Virus record (IMG/VR): IMGVR_UViG_3300025779_000009
Coordinates: 1-38,287 of that record
Origin: a virus
Taxonomy: Duplodnaviria > Caudoviricetes
Direction: 5' to 3' (one strand)
Length of the DNA stretch: 38,287 nucleotides
Shown piece after piece: positions 26,777 through 35,353 of this stretch. Made by a program: the position numbers and the translations under genes. The notes beneath the pieces are model-generated. The model saw nothing but the letters and a program-made list of their open reading frames with translations, was not told the DNA's origin and did no database searches. Every line of letters begins with the position of its first letter. Within the stretch, counting starts at the first letter, position 1.

Positions 26777-28715
26777 GCCGACCTCCTTTGTCGTAGGTCT
26801 TCAGGGTCGACCAGTTGGTCGGGGTGGTCTTGCCCTCAGAGAGCATAGGGACACCAAACTTGATGCCGTCCATCGCCTCCTGGAGGAGCCGCATGCCGAA
26901 GTCAACCTCGTCCTTGGGGCACATGACCAGGAGCTCATCATGGACCGTGAGGAGCAGCTGGTGGCTGGCAGGCTTAGCGGCCCAGTAGCGGATGACGGCC
27001 TCCTTGGTGCAGTCAGCGGCTGACCCCTGGATGAGGACGTTCAGCATCTTGTAGTCGAAGTGGCGGAGCTGGCCGTCGATGACCTTGGGTGGCTCGCAGT
27101 AATAGACCCGTCCACCCCACGTCCGGATGGGCTCGTCGGCCTTGGCCCGCCGTTTCATCTCGCCGTACATGTCCCGAAGCCCGGGGAAGATGGCCAAATA
27201 GGCGTCCTTTACCCGCTTCGCCTCATCCACCGTGATGTCGGACTTCAGGGCGAGTTTCCCAATCCCCATGCCGTAGATCAGACCGAAACCTGTGTTCTTG
27301 ACCGGCTTTCTGGCCTCGTCGTGGGTCTGGCCGGGGAAGAGGCCATAGTCGGCCTGCAGCATGGTGGTGGCGAAATCATGCACGTCCAACCAGGGATTCT
27401 CCTCGTAGGCTTCCCTGAGAACCCCATCCTCAAAGTGGCCGAGGATCCGTAGCTCCTGCTGGCTGTAGTCGCGGTCAAGCAGCACCATACCTGGGCGTGC
27501 GGCCACGTAGGACCTGACCTGAGGGAGCGGCTGGAGGTCGAGGGGTGCCACCGGGAGCAGCTTGGCCTTCGTTGGGTTGAGCTCCTCGTGACGGAAGATC
27601 GGCTTGAACTCCTTGGGGATGTTCTGGAAGTTGGGGGTCGACGACAGCCGACCTGTCCGGGTCCCCACCGAGCCACCAGAGTCAGTGGCACGGGTCTGGT
27701 TCCACTGGGTGTAGATGACCCCGCCGGATTGCTGAGCGGTCTTCAACCAGGGCATCATGAAGGTCTTGAGGCAGGTGCCGAGTTGGGTCCGGTGCTTCAG
27801 CATGCCCAACAACACCCGGTCGGTGACGGCGATGTCCAAGCTATCCTTGTCCGTTTTCCACTGGCCCTTGGGGGTCTTGCCCAGCATGACTGGGTCGACC
27901 TTCTTGCTGTTGACCAGGGCCTCCACGAGCTGGTCCCCGCTGTCCAGGTTGAACCCAGGGTCCTTGATCTTGAGCCGCCTGAGGATCCACTCAGTCAGAA
28001 CGTCGCGTTGGCGGTTGTAATTCTCCACGTCCTGCGCCAGGCGCTCAAGGTCGACCGGTACCCCGTCCCGTTCCATCTGCAGGAGGATGGGGAGCATCTG
28101 ACGCTCGCGATCATAGGCCTCTGCCATACCAGCGTCGAGCACCCGCTTGTGGAGCAGCTTGAAGAGCTTCTCGGTCCGCTCGGTGTCGCCATTCGCATAG
28201 GTGCCGACGAGATCACCTGGGGCGTAGGCGATGTAGGCGCCTGATGGGTGCTCGGATTTGTAGGATCTGCTGATCTTGATACCAGTCACCGGTTGATTCG
28301 CTACGAGCCAGTCGGCCACGGCGTCCTGCTCGTCAGGCGGGAGGTTGAGGAGCCGCTCGGCCGCTGGTTTCAGGGCCTGGGCCTCGTGAGGCTCATTCAA
28401 AAACAGCAGGAAGAGGGTGTCATGAATCCGGTCCCACGGCAGCATGGGCAGGCCCAGGTGGGTCTCAGCAACATCGAGGTCGAACTTGGCGTTGTGGAAC
28501 AGGACCCCATCGGGGTGTTCCCACACCTCACGTAGGGCGGCGATGGCGTCGTCGACCCCGCAGTTGTTCTTGGTGGGATGGCCCCAGGCGTAGTAGCGGG
28601 CCTTCTGGCCGAAGGTCTTGATGCTCACCCCGACCGGCACTGGCGGGTAGACCGGGCGACCCTCGATCTTGAACGACTCGAAGTCCACCGTGGGTGGCTT
28701 GGGCACCTTAGCCAT
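26766..28715 (-). CDS. DNA polymerase family A with 3'-5' exonuclease
   Basis: Exonuclease motifs VDFES, FHNAKFD and YANGD. TGRLSS, motif A DYSQQELR, motif B RKPVKNTGFGLIYG and motif C VHDEL. Confidence 0.95.
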   Translation of the reverse strand: MAKVPKPPTVDFESFKIEGRPVYPPVPVGVSIKTFGQKARYYAWGHPTKNNCGVDDAIAALREVWEHPDGVLFHNAKFDLDVAETHLGLPMLPWDRIHDTLFLLFLNEPHEAQALKPAAERLLNLPPDEQDAVADWLVANQPVTGIKISRSYKSEHPSGAYIAYAPGDLVGTYANGDTERTEKLFKLLHKRVLDAGMAEAYDRERQMLPILLQMERDGVPVDLERLAQDVENYNRQRDVLTEWILRRLKIKDPGFNLDSGDQLVEALVNSKKVDPVMLGKTPKGQWKTDKDSLDIAVTDRVLLGMLKHRTQLGTCLKTFMMPWLKTAQQSGGVIYTQWNQTRATDSGGSVGTRTGRLSSTPNFQNIPKEFKPIFRHEELNPTKAKLLPVAPLDLQPLPQVRSYVAARPGMVLLDRDYSQQELRILGHFEDGVLREAYEENPWLDVHDFATTMLQADYGLFPGQTHDEARKPVKNTGFGLIYGMGIGKLALKSDITVDEAKRVKDAYLAIFPGLRDMYGEMKRRAKADEPIRTWGGRVYYCEPPKVIDGQLRHFDYKMLNVLIQGSAADCTKEAVIRYWAAKPASHQLLLTVHDELLVMCPKDEVDFGMRLLQEAMDGIKFGVPMLSEGKTTPTNWSTLKTYDKGGRRAD

Positions 28716-28905
28716 TGAGGGCCCCACGCTCACGATCCGCCCGGAGCTTGTTGATACGGCTGTAGATCCGGTTGAGGAATGTCACCCGCTTCTCACCGGC
28801 TTGCTCCATGGCGAGCAGCAGCCGGGCGAGCTTCTCGTCCCCATTCATCAGGGCGTCATTCAAACTGGCCCAGTTCCTCAGCATGTTTTGGGTTGCTACT
28901 TTCAT
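28708..28905 (-). CDS. Hypothetical protein
   Basis: AAGGAGG RBS, 65 aa helical ORF overlapping the polymerase start. Confidence 0.7.
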   Translation of the reverse strand: MKVATQNMLRNWASLNDALMNGDEKLARLLLAMEQAGEKRVTFLNRIYSRINKLRADRERGALNG

Positions 28906-28929
28906 CCTACCTCCTTGGTTCACTCAATC

Positions 28930-28951
28930 GAGGGGACCCGAAGGTCCCCTC
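28930..28951 (-). other. Perfect 9 bp hairpin with cUUCGg tetraloop in the minus-strand transcript
   Basis: Minus strand GAGGGGACC-TTCG-GGTCCCCTC with no U tract. Confidence 0.75.
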
Positions 28952-28963
28952 TGTTCAATGAAC

Positions 28964-29770
28964 TTAGAACCGGCTCTTGCCAGCAGGCTTCTTGGGCAGC
29001 GGCTTCTTGCCCTTGGCTTGGGGCTTGGGCTCCGCCGACGCCTCGAATGGCACGTAGGGGAACATGATGCTGTCAGCCGCTTCCTTGTGGCGGGCGATGA
29101 TGGTGGCCCCCAGCTTGTCCGGGATCTTGCTTAGGACCTCGAAGCTGACGGTGAACTGGTTGTCATCGTCGGGGTTGAGCTTGATCTTGGTGAAGATGCC
29201 GTAGGGGGGACGACACAGGGCGGACGCCACCTGCTTGACGAAGGCTGCATACGCCTTAGTCGACGTGACGGGGATCTTCAGGTAGGCGATCTGGTTCTTC
29301 TCGAACTGCTCGGGGTCATGCATCTCGAACCGGCCGTCCTTGTCCAAGGTGCCAGCGCTGATGACGGCGAGCCGACGGATGTTACGGCAGGCCTTCCCAC
29401 GGCCACGCTCAGCGGAGCCCCACTCGTTCTGGGGGCAGCCGTGGCAGGTGGCACACTGCTTGTCGACAACGATGTCGTGAGGCGCCAGCTCCTTCTCATC
29501 TCGGCCGAAGGCGAAGCACGTGGGCCCCTGCGGGTTGTCGGCGTCAAAGGCGGACTCGAAGAAGATGTTCTCGAGCACGTGATCGAGAATGACGACGGCC
29601 ATCTCGTCGTTGGGGAGGCGGTTGTCGTTGAAGGACAGGCGCCCACCCTTGGTGCTGAAGAAGTTGCCACTGGCCGTGGACTCCTCCATCTTGGCGGCAA
29701 CTTGGGCATCCTTGGCGAGCTGCTCGTCCCAGGTGTTGAGTTGTGTGGTTTCAGCGGGCTTGCGGGCCAT
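28964..29770 (-). CDS. Cys-containing replication-region protein, possibly ssDNA-binding
   Basis: PTCF...CATCHGCPQNEWGS...KACRN. Occupies the SSB-like position upstream of the polymerase; AAGGAG RBS. Confidence 0.55.
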   Translation of the reverse strand: MARKPAETTQLNTWDEQLAKDAQVAAKMEESTASGNFFSTKGGRLSFNDNRLPNDEMAVVILDHVLENIFFESAFDADNPQGPTCFAFGRDEKELAPHDIVVDKQCATCHGCPQNEWGSAERGRGKACRNIRRLAVISAGTLDKDGRFEMHDPEQFEKNQIAYLKIPVTSTKAYAAFVKQVASALCRPPYGIFTKIKLNPDDDNQFTVSFEVLSKIPDKLGATIIARHKEAADSIMFPYVPFEASAEPKPQAKGKKPLPKKPAGKSRF

Positions 29771-29881
29771 AAGGGCTCCTTGGTGTGAGGTGTCAGACGT
29801 CCTAGAAACCGCTAGGCCGGTGGTGCCACCGACCCAGGCGGGCGCGGTGGGTGAGGAAGCAGGGGACGAAGGTGAACATGG

Positions 29882-30280
29882 TCACACCTTGTTCAGGCTG
29901 ATGGACTTGTACTTGAACTCCTCGATGCCAGGGACGACCTTGCCGGCCTCCCACAGCTCGTAGATGCCCTCGGGGCTGCATGATTTGGTAAGTAGGTCGA
30001 GGCGCTTGTTCTTGATGCAGTATTTCACGAAGGCCTCGAAGTCCTTGACCTCCGGTCGGCTTTTCTGCACGATGGTGACCCGGGCGAGCTTGCCAGTGGC
30101 CCCAGTGGCCTCGGACTTGGGTAGGGTGTCGATGATGTAGGTCTTGAGGGCCGTCTCCTCCGCCTTGATCTCGAGAACAGTCTTGTTCTCGACCAGGCGC
30201 TTAGCCTTGAGGGTGTAGAGGAGGTCGGCGCAGAGACCGATCTGCTTGGGAAACTTGTAGGTCTTCTTGACGGTGGCCAT
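29882..30280 (-). CDS. Hypothetical protein
   Basis: AAGGAG RBS, 132 aa, helical N-terminus and GKVVPGI C-terminal motif. Confidence 0.7.
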   Translation of the reverse strand: MATVKKTYKFPKQIGLCADLLYTLKAKRLVENKTVLEIKAEETALKTYIIDTLPKSEATGATGKLARVTIVQKSRPEVKDFEAFVKYCIKNKRLDLLTKSCSPEGIYELWEAGKVVPGIEEFKYKSISLNKV

Positions 30281-30282
30281 GG

Positions 30283-30489
30283 TCAGCTCCTTCCTTCATC
30301 TTCGAGGGCACACTCGAGGTAGTAAGTCATGTCCTCGGTGCGGAGCATGCCGCTGTCACCGTGGCACACCGTGCAATCGGCTGAGTACGAGTCGACGAAC
30401 TCACCGCAGTCACGGCAGAAGTTGGGGTGTTCCATCGTGTCGATGGCTTCTTGGATCTCAGCGGATGGCCGCTTGGTGAGGTTGGACAT
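30283..30489 (-). CDS. Small zinc-ribbon protein
   Basis: CRDC...CTVC; AGGAG RBS; first gene after promoter copy 2. Confidence 0.65.
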   Translation of the reverse strand: MSNLTKRPSAEIQEAIDTMEHPNFCRDCGEFVDSYSADCTVCHGDSGMLRTEDMTYYLECALEDEGRS

Positions 30490-30532
30490 ATAGGCTCCTG
30501 TGAGGTGAAAGGTGTGAGTGGCTACAAGATCA

Positions 30533-30570
30533 ATTATAGGCCTGGCTGGTCAATTGTAAACCCCTATTTT
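30533..30570 (-). promoter_or_regulatory. Sigma70-like phage promoter, copy 2
   Basis: Minus strand AAAATAGGGG-TTTACA-N16-TATAAT. Confidence 0.8.
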
Positions 30571-30574
30571 CGAT

Positions 30575-30844
30575 CTATTTTTTCTTGCAACCTCGCGGGC
30601 AGAGCACCTTGAGGGCAAAGAATCCATGGACATGGTCCACGTAGCCCTTGCCGCCACAGACTGGGCAAGCCTTGGTCGAGACGTAGTCGAGGGCCCTCAG
30701 GTAGGCCTCATGGGTCTGCTGGAAGACCACAGGATCCCCACCCAGGTCGGGGTGGAGCTCCTGCGCCCTTCCCCGCCACCAAGCCTTGACCTCGTACTCG
30801 GAGGCTGTGTTAGGGAGCCCAACGGCATCAAGTGGGGTCGGCAT
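30575..30844 (-). CDS. Minimal J-domain (DnaJ-like) protein with zinc finger
   Basis: LHPDLGGD...F....EAY J-domain followed by CPVCGGKG...CPRGC. Confidence 0.78.
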   Translation of the reverse strand: MPTPLDAVGLPNTASEYEVKAWWRGRAQELHPDLGGDPVVFQQTHEAYLRALDYVSTKACPVCGGKGYVDHVHGFFALKVLCPRGCKKK

Positions 30845-31052
30845 GTTCGCAGAACTGCGTCTGGTCCTTGGGCTCACCCAGGACCTCACCATTGGGGTCC
30901 ACCCACGCCATGAACTTCGCGACGCAGATGGTGCAGAGCTGCTGGCTGCTGTACTCGGTGGGGAGCCCCTTGATGTCGAACCAGCCGATGGGGAGGCTCA
31001 GCTTGCTGATGGGTTGGGTGGAGCCGCAGCGGTCACACTTAGCGATGAGCAT
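30828..31052 (-). CDS. Small zinc-finger protein
   Basis: MLIAKCDRCG...LCTIC; ATG at 31052 directly after the upstream stop. Confidence 0.6.
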   Translation of the reverse strand: MLIAKCDRCGSTQPISKLSLPIGWFDIKGLPTEYSSQQLCTICVAKFMAWVDPNGEVLGEPKDQTQFCEHADPT

Positions 31053-31053
31053 G

Positions 31054-31278
31054 TCAAACCGCCACGTCCTGCTTGACCAGCAGTTGGTTGACGAACTCGA
31101 GTAGGTCGGCCTTGGCGGTGGGGATCTCGGTGGCATCGATGGAGACGTCCTTCTTCTTGAGGCCGAAGGTAGCCATGAGGACCTCCCTCGTCTCACGGGC
31201 GTCAGCGTTGGTTCCGGCGAAGCGGTGACCCTTGCTACGGCCGTCCTTGCCAATGGCCTTCACGATGTAGCACTTCAT
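31054..31278 (-). CDS. Hypothetical protein
   Basis: AGGAG RBS before ATG at 31278 (MKCYIVKA). Confidence 0.65.
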   Translation of the reverse strand: MKCYIVKAIGKDGRSKGHRFAGTNADARETREVLMATFGLKKKDVSIDATEIPTAKADLLEFVNQLLVKQDVAV

Positions 31279-31296
31279 GTCTGCTCCTGAATGAAA

Positions 31297-31349
31297 CCAC
31301 TGGGGTGCTGAGCCGAGAAGGATGCCCAGGTCGATTAGCACCCCAGTGG
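31297..31349 (-). repeat. 13 bp perfect inverted repeat forming an intergenic stem-loop
   Basis: CCACTGGGGTGCT (31297-31309) and AGCACCCCAGTGG (31337-31349). Confidence 0.75.
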
Positions 31350-31377
31350 GTGGCAGCCGTTGCCGCCTGGTGAAGGG

Positions 31378-31551
31378 CTACTCGACGGCCTTGACAGGGG
31401 TCGCAGCGGTGAGCTTAGCGGTCAGCTTCTCGAGCTTCACGCGGAGTTTGTCAGCGGCCTTGAGGTGGGTGCTGGCGAGCTTGTCAGCGGCCTTCAGCTC
31501 AGCGGCCAAGGCCTTCACTTCGGTTTTGAGGGCTTTCACATCGACGGCCAT
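31378..31551 (-). CDS. 57 aa Lys/Ala-rich coiled-coil protein
   Basis: AGGAGG RBS and heptad pattern; LKAADKL occurs twice. TATAAT lies upstream at about 31597-31602. Confidence 0.7.
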   Translation of the reverse strand: MAVDVKALKTEVKALAAELKAADKLASTHLKAADKLRVKLEKLTAKLTAATPVKAVE

Positions 31552-31618
31552 GAGGCCTCCTTGTTGACTACGGGCACGGCCCGCGGGGTTAAGAGAATTA
31601 TAGACCAATTGAAACTGA

Positions 31619-33727
31619 TTATTTATGAATTGTCTTCAAGTATTTTTGGGCTCGGTCCTGACGGGCCGCTGCCCAGATCTCCTGATTGGCGATGGCGAAG
31701 TAACGTGACCTCGACCCGCTGGAATCCGCAATCACCATGTCCCTGCAGGCCTTCACAGCCCCCACCTCCTTGAGGGTGTTGTTGATGGCCGCCAGGGAAG
31801 GGGCCTTACCGCTCAGGTTGTTGTAGGCGAGGTAATGGGCCAGCACCTGCTTGGTCGTCATGAGGTCACACTGGGTCCAGCCCCGCATGCAGGCCGCCGT
31901 AGGGTCCTCGAGCAACAGGCGGCACCAGGCACCCAGGTCGGACTCGGTGGCGGTGATCATGTGCACCTTGGCCTGGGTCCTTGGTGGGTCTGCGTAGGGG
32001 TTGAAGCCACGGACATCGACCTCGAGCAGGTGGTGGAAGAGGGCCGGCCCTGACTGCTCGTCAGCGAGCCAGTCCGCTAGGGTGTCGTAGAACTCCCGGC
32101 TGGCGGGGGTCCTAGGTCCTTCCACCACGAAGAACCGGCGGTCGTCCGCGTCTAGCTTGAAGGCGTCTGCCTCGTTCGAGGCAAACATGAGGTTCGCCTT
32201 GGCGGGGATTTCGTACTCTGGCACATACTTCTCATTGACGGTCGTCACATTCCGGGTCACGATGTCCTTGAGGGCCGCCGCGTACTGCCGTTGGTCAGCG
32301 TGGTCGGTCCCCGTGGCCTCGTCCCCGAAGATGAACTGCTTACGCACCTCCCAGCCGTTGAAGTTGCTCTTGAGCTGCTGCTGGGTGATCTTGCCGTAGT
32401 TCTTCCCGTAGATGAGGCTCATGGCCTTCGCCAACTGGCCCTTGCCGATGCCCTGCCGGCCGTGGAGGATGACCGCTGAGTTCATCTTGGTCCCTGGCAC
32501 CTGGACGGGGTAGGCGAGCCACTGCATGAACCACTTGGCCTCGTCGGGCTCGATGTGTTGGGTCATGAACTTGAAAAGCTCCAGGAACGGCTTGACGTCC
32601 CCTGCCACCGGGTGGCATCCCCAGCCGGGCCAGACGTTCCACTCGCCGTAGTCGTCCCCGACCCGCTGGATGAGCTTGCCCTCGCCTGGCTCATAGGTCA
32701 GGCGGCTCACCTCGTGCCTGAGCGGCCAGTTCAGCCAGTGCTTGGCAGCCTTGATCTGCTTCCTGACCAGCTCCCCATTCTTATCGAGCTCGACGGCATA
32801 GCAGTAGCGATTCGACTCAAGGGCACCGGTGAACTTATCCCGGTCCACGAGCTTCACCACGTCAGGCGAATGCAGCACCAGGACGGTCGAGGTGTCACGC
32901 ACGAAGGCATAGCGCTGGTTCAGCTCCCATAGGGACGTGGTGTAGCCGAAGAAGTTGGCTGTGACCAGCAGGTCCTCGAGGGTCTGCTTCCCATCAGGCA
33001 GGAGGAGCAGGTCATCGAGCCCCACCTTGGCGCCGTCTGAGGGGATGAAGGCGGTCTTCACGATGGCCCCACGCTGGGCAAGGAGGTCGGCCAGGTCGTT
33101 GACAGCGGCCGCCACCGAGGTGTTGGTTTTCAGGTCAGAGTCGAAGATGATCGTCACGACCCGCCGGGCCCACTCGACCAGCTGGAGGCTGGGGAGGAAC
33201 GGGCACCCGAACCGCTGGCTCTTGGTCGACCACACGCCACCGAGGCCGATCGTGAGGAACCCCTCCTTGCAGGCCTTCGCCGCCTTAAGTTCCCCTTCAG
33301 TGATAATGAGCGGCACCGTGTGGTCGTGGAGGATCGTGGCCCAATCGACGTTGGCGGGGAAGTAAGCGGCGGGCGGTAGGTCGGTAGGACCCAGGTAGCT
33401 GCACGGGTCCTTGCCGGGGCTGCCGTCGAAGCCCTTGGGTGGTGGCCCGAGGTGGCGGACGCGGCTGGCTGGTGGAAGCCCAGGGGCGTGGCGGAGGGGT
33501 TCACCGGTGGCCGGGTGCAGGTAGTTGAAGAGCAGGACGGGGCGGGGGTCCTTGTGGGCGCCGTACTCCTCAGGCAGACGATTGTGCTCACGGACCTCGA
33601 CAGCGAGGCTGGCTGCGTCCCCCAGGGTGAGGCCCGACGACCTGAGCTTGGCCTCCGCCAGGTCGACGAGCTTGGGGCGGGCATTAGCAAAAGGCTTGGA
33701 TGAAGCGGGCTTGTTACTCACCGCCAT
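31619..33727 (-). CDS. Primase-helicase (TOPRIM DUF3854-like plus SF3/D5-like helicase)
   Basis: IITEGELKAAKA, IIFDSD and KVGLDD TOPRIM motifs. Walker A GRQGIGKG, FGDE, FASN and DDRRF. Confidence 0.88.
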   Translation of the reverse strand: MAVSNKPASSKPFANARPKLVDLAEAKLRSSGLTLGDAASLAVEVREHNRLPEEYGAHKDPRPVLLFNYLHPATGEPLRHAPGLPPASRVRHLGPPPKGFDGSPGKDPCSYLGPTDLPPAAYFPANVDWATILHDHTVPLIITEGELKAAKACKEGFLTIGLGGVWSTKSQRFGCPFLPSLQLVEWARRVVTIIFDSDLKTNTSVAAAVNDLADLLAQRGAIVKTAFIPSDGAKVGLDDLLLLPDGKQTLEDLLVTANFFGYTTSLWELNQRYAFVRDTSTVLVLHSPDVVKLVDRDKFTGALESNRYCYAVELDKNGELVRKQIKAAKHWLNWPLRHEVSRLTYEPGEGKLIQRVGDDYGEWNVWPGWGCHPVAGDVKPFLELFKFMTQHIEPDEAKWFMQWLAYPVQVPGTKMNSAVILHGRQGIGKGQLAKAMSLIYGKNYGKITQQQLKSNFNGWEVRKQFIFGDEATGTDHADQRQYAAALKDIVTRNVTTVNEKYVPEYEIPAKANLMFASNEADAFKLDADDRRFFVVEGPRTPASREFYDTLADWLADEQSGPALFHHLLEVDVRGFNPYADPPRTQAKVHMITATESDLGAWCRLLLEDPTAACMRGWTQCDLMTTKQVLAHYLAYNNLSGKAPSLAAINNTLKEVGAVKACRDMVIADSSGSRSRYFAIANQEIWAAARQDRAQKYLKTIHK

Positions 33728-34073
33728 GGACCACCCGCCCGCGGGTCACCTCAACCTGGACCCCGTCGACAACGTGCTTGAACTTGCCACCACCCATGGC
33801 GAAGTACTGCCGGACCGTCGAGAGGCTGAGGCCCAGGGCCCTTGCCAGCTGCTCGTAGGTCTCGATGAACTGAGGCTCCCCGGTAGGGTCCCCGAAGCCA
33901 TCGAGCCTGAAGACCCGGAAGATCTGACCACGTCGATAGTGGTCCCACCGGGCCTTGACGGCGGGGTTGTCCTTCCCCCGCTTGGGGTGGGGAGTGCTGA
34001 TCCGCGCGCGGGGCGGGTCCTCGGTGAAGTCCTCAGCGGTGATGATTACCACCTGGGTCGGTTCGTCGGGCAT
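33714..34073 (-). CDS. Putative HTH DNA-binding protein
   Basis: TYEQLARALGLSLSTVRQYF helix-turn-helix; GAGG RBS. Confidence 0.65.
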   Translation of the reverse strand: MPDEPTQVVIITAEDFTEDPPRARISTPHPKRGKDNPAVKARWDHYRRGQIFRVFRLDGFGDPTGEPQFIETYEQLARALGLSLSTVRQYFAMGGGKFKHVVDGVQVEVTRGRVVHGGE

Positions 34074-34123
34074 AGGTTACCTCGGGGTCTTGATCGTACT
34101 GTAGAAGGGTTGGCACCGGCAAA

Positions 34124-34303
34124 TCATTTTTTAGGAAGGAGGCCACAGTCGCAGATCCACCCGGTGTGGGGCCTTACCCAGGACTTATGAAGGTTGCAAT
34201 CGGGCTTGTGGACCCGACCTGCTCGGGCACACTCGTAGCACGTGGCGAGGTAGTTGTTGTCTCCGGGCTTGACGACCTGGCAGTAGCGGCAGAAGGTGGT
34301 CAT
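34124..34303 (-). CDS. Small Cys-rich protein (start uncertain)
   Basis: CRYC...CYEC...H..DC...CDCG. Confidence 0.5.
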   Translation of the reverse strand: MTTFCRYCQVVKPGDNNYLATCYECARAGRVHKPDCNLHKSWVRPHTGWICDCGLLPKK

Positions 34304-34457
34304 GGTGATCTTACCACGACGGTCTGGGTTCATGAAAGTCATCAATGACCTTAGGTAAGGTGGCTGATTATGGACATTGGTGGTTTGAGTGGCTGGGCGG
34401 CGGCTTCCCGTCATCGTGCCCACTTGCGCCGGTTGGTCGGACCACTCTTGGACAGCC

Positions 34458-34634
34458 TCACTCGGCTGCTTTGACTTCGACGGTGTGAGAAAAATCGTAG
34501 ATGTTGGTCCAGGTCGCCCCGCAGTTCTCGCACTCGGCTTCCTGGTAGACGTTCCGGTCCTCATCCAAAGCAGGACGATGGAGGTCCAGGTCAGTCCCGC
34601 CACAGAGGGGGCATTGTTTGATGCCTTGGGTCAT
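34458..34634 (-). CDS. Small zinc-ribbon protein
   Basis: GGAGG RBS; CPLCGG...CENCGATW. Confidence 0.65.
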   Translation of the reverse strand: MTQGIKQCPLCGGTDLDLHRPALDEDRNVYQEAECENCGATWTNIYDFSHTVEVKAAE

Positions 34635-34655
34635 GGTTCCTCCAGTGGACAAAAG

Positions 34656-34769
34656 CTAGGTGCGGGACTTCCGTTCAACCACGCGACCTAGCAGGAAAAT
34701 ATTGAGGACGAGGGATGCAATCGTGATGCAGGCCCAGACGAGTCGATCTTCGGCGCTGATCGGTGGCAA
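34656..34769 (-). CDS. 37 aa single-TM peptide with TTG start (not in the ORF track)
   Basis: AGGAG RBS; MPPISAEDRLVWACITIASLVLNIFLLGRVVERKSRT fills an intergenic gap. Confidence 0.5.
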   Translation of the reverse strand: MPPISAEDRLVWACITIASLVLNIFLLGRVVERKSRT

Positions 34770-34790
34770 GGTATCTCCTGGACAAGAGAT

Positions 34791-35081
34791 TCAGGATTTG
34801 ATTCGGCGGAGGAAATCCCCGTCGAATCGAAAGCGGTCCTCATCGCCAAGGGTCACGCAAGCCCTGTTCACTTCCTCTGCAAGCCCTTCCATCCATTCCG
34901 GCGTATTGACCCTGCGGACGGTGATGAGATATTGCGCGAGGTTGATTAGGGCAGCGCGAAGGTGCTCCGAGCAGGAATGGCTCCCATCGTGCCCGTGCTT
35001 CCAGGTGTATCCACAGGTGCAGCATGAATGGGTTTCGGGATTGGGCATTGGATCACCTAGTAAGATTCGGGAATTGGACAT
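34791..35081 (-). CDS. Hypothetical protein with Cys/His cluster
   Basis: HSCCTCGYTWKHGHDGSHSC; fits the operon; start uncertain. Confidence 0.55.
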   Translation of the reverse strand: MSNSRILLGDPMPNPETHSCCTCGYTWKHGHDGSHSCSEHLRAALINLAQYLITVRRVNTPEWMEGLAEEVNRACVTLGDEDRFRFDGDFLRRIKS

Positions 35082-35148
35082 AATCGGTGGCCTTGCGAGT
35101 CAACCAGGCGCCCACCGAATGCGTCGGTTGCTTGACGTTATCGGACGC

Positions 35149-35271
35149 TTACCACGCGTGGGTCTCAACTGCAGGTTGGTGCCGACTGAGCCGCCTGGCG
35201 ATGAGCCTAACGACCAGCGGATGAAGCCAGCGTCTGAAGAGGCGGCGTGGAGTGAAGCGCCAGAGGTTCAT
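35149..35271 (-). CDS. Possible 40 aa Arg-rich peptide
   Basis: MNLWRFTPRRLFRRWLHP... fills a gap, but the RBS is weak. Confidence 0.3.
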   Translation of the reverse strand: MNLWRFTPRRLFRRWLHPLVVRLIARRLSRHQPAVETHAW

Positions 35272-35302
35272 GAGGTCACCAAGTCGTGAAGGTGGTAGGC
35301 AA

Positions 35303-35330
35303 GCAGGGCCAGGAGGCTCCCCAGCCCTGC
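35303..35330 (-). terminator. Hairpin after the first early genes; possible weak terminator
   Basis: Minus strand GCAGGGCTGGGG-AGCC-TCCTGGCCCTGC followed by TTGCC. Confidence 0.4.
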
Positions 35331-35353
35331 GGTGAGAATCAGACGGGTCCTGG

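Noticed and set aside
29440-29460. CxxCH heme-c motif (CATCH; also CTVCH in 30283-30489)
   Set aside because: No signal peptide; the Cys are better explained as zinc or iron ligands in cytoplasmic proteins.
29802-29879. 25 aa minus-strand ORF MFTFVPCFLTHRARLGRWHHRPSGF
   Set aside because: It fills a gap, but the RBS is weak and it is too short to support without expression data.
33714-34073. HTH protein as a lysogeny repressor
   Set aside because: It is co-oriented and coupled with the primase gene, has no peptidase domain, and there is no integrase or partition gene.
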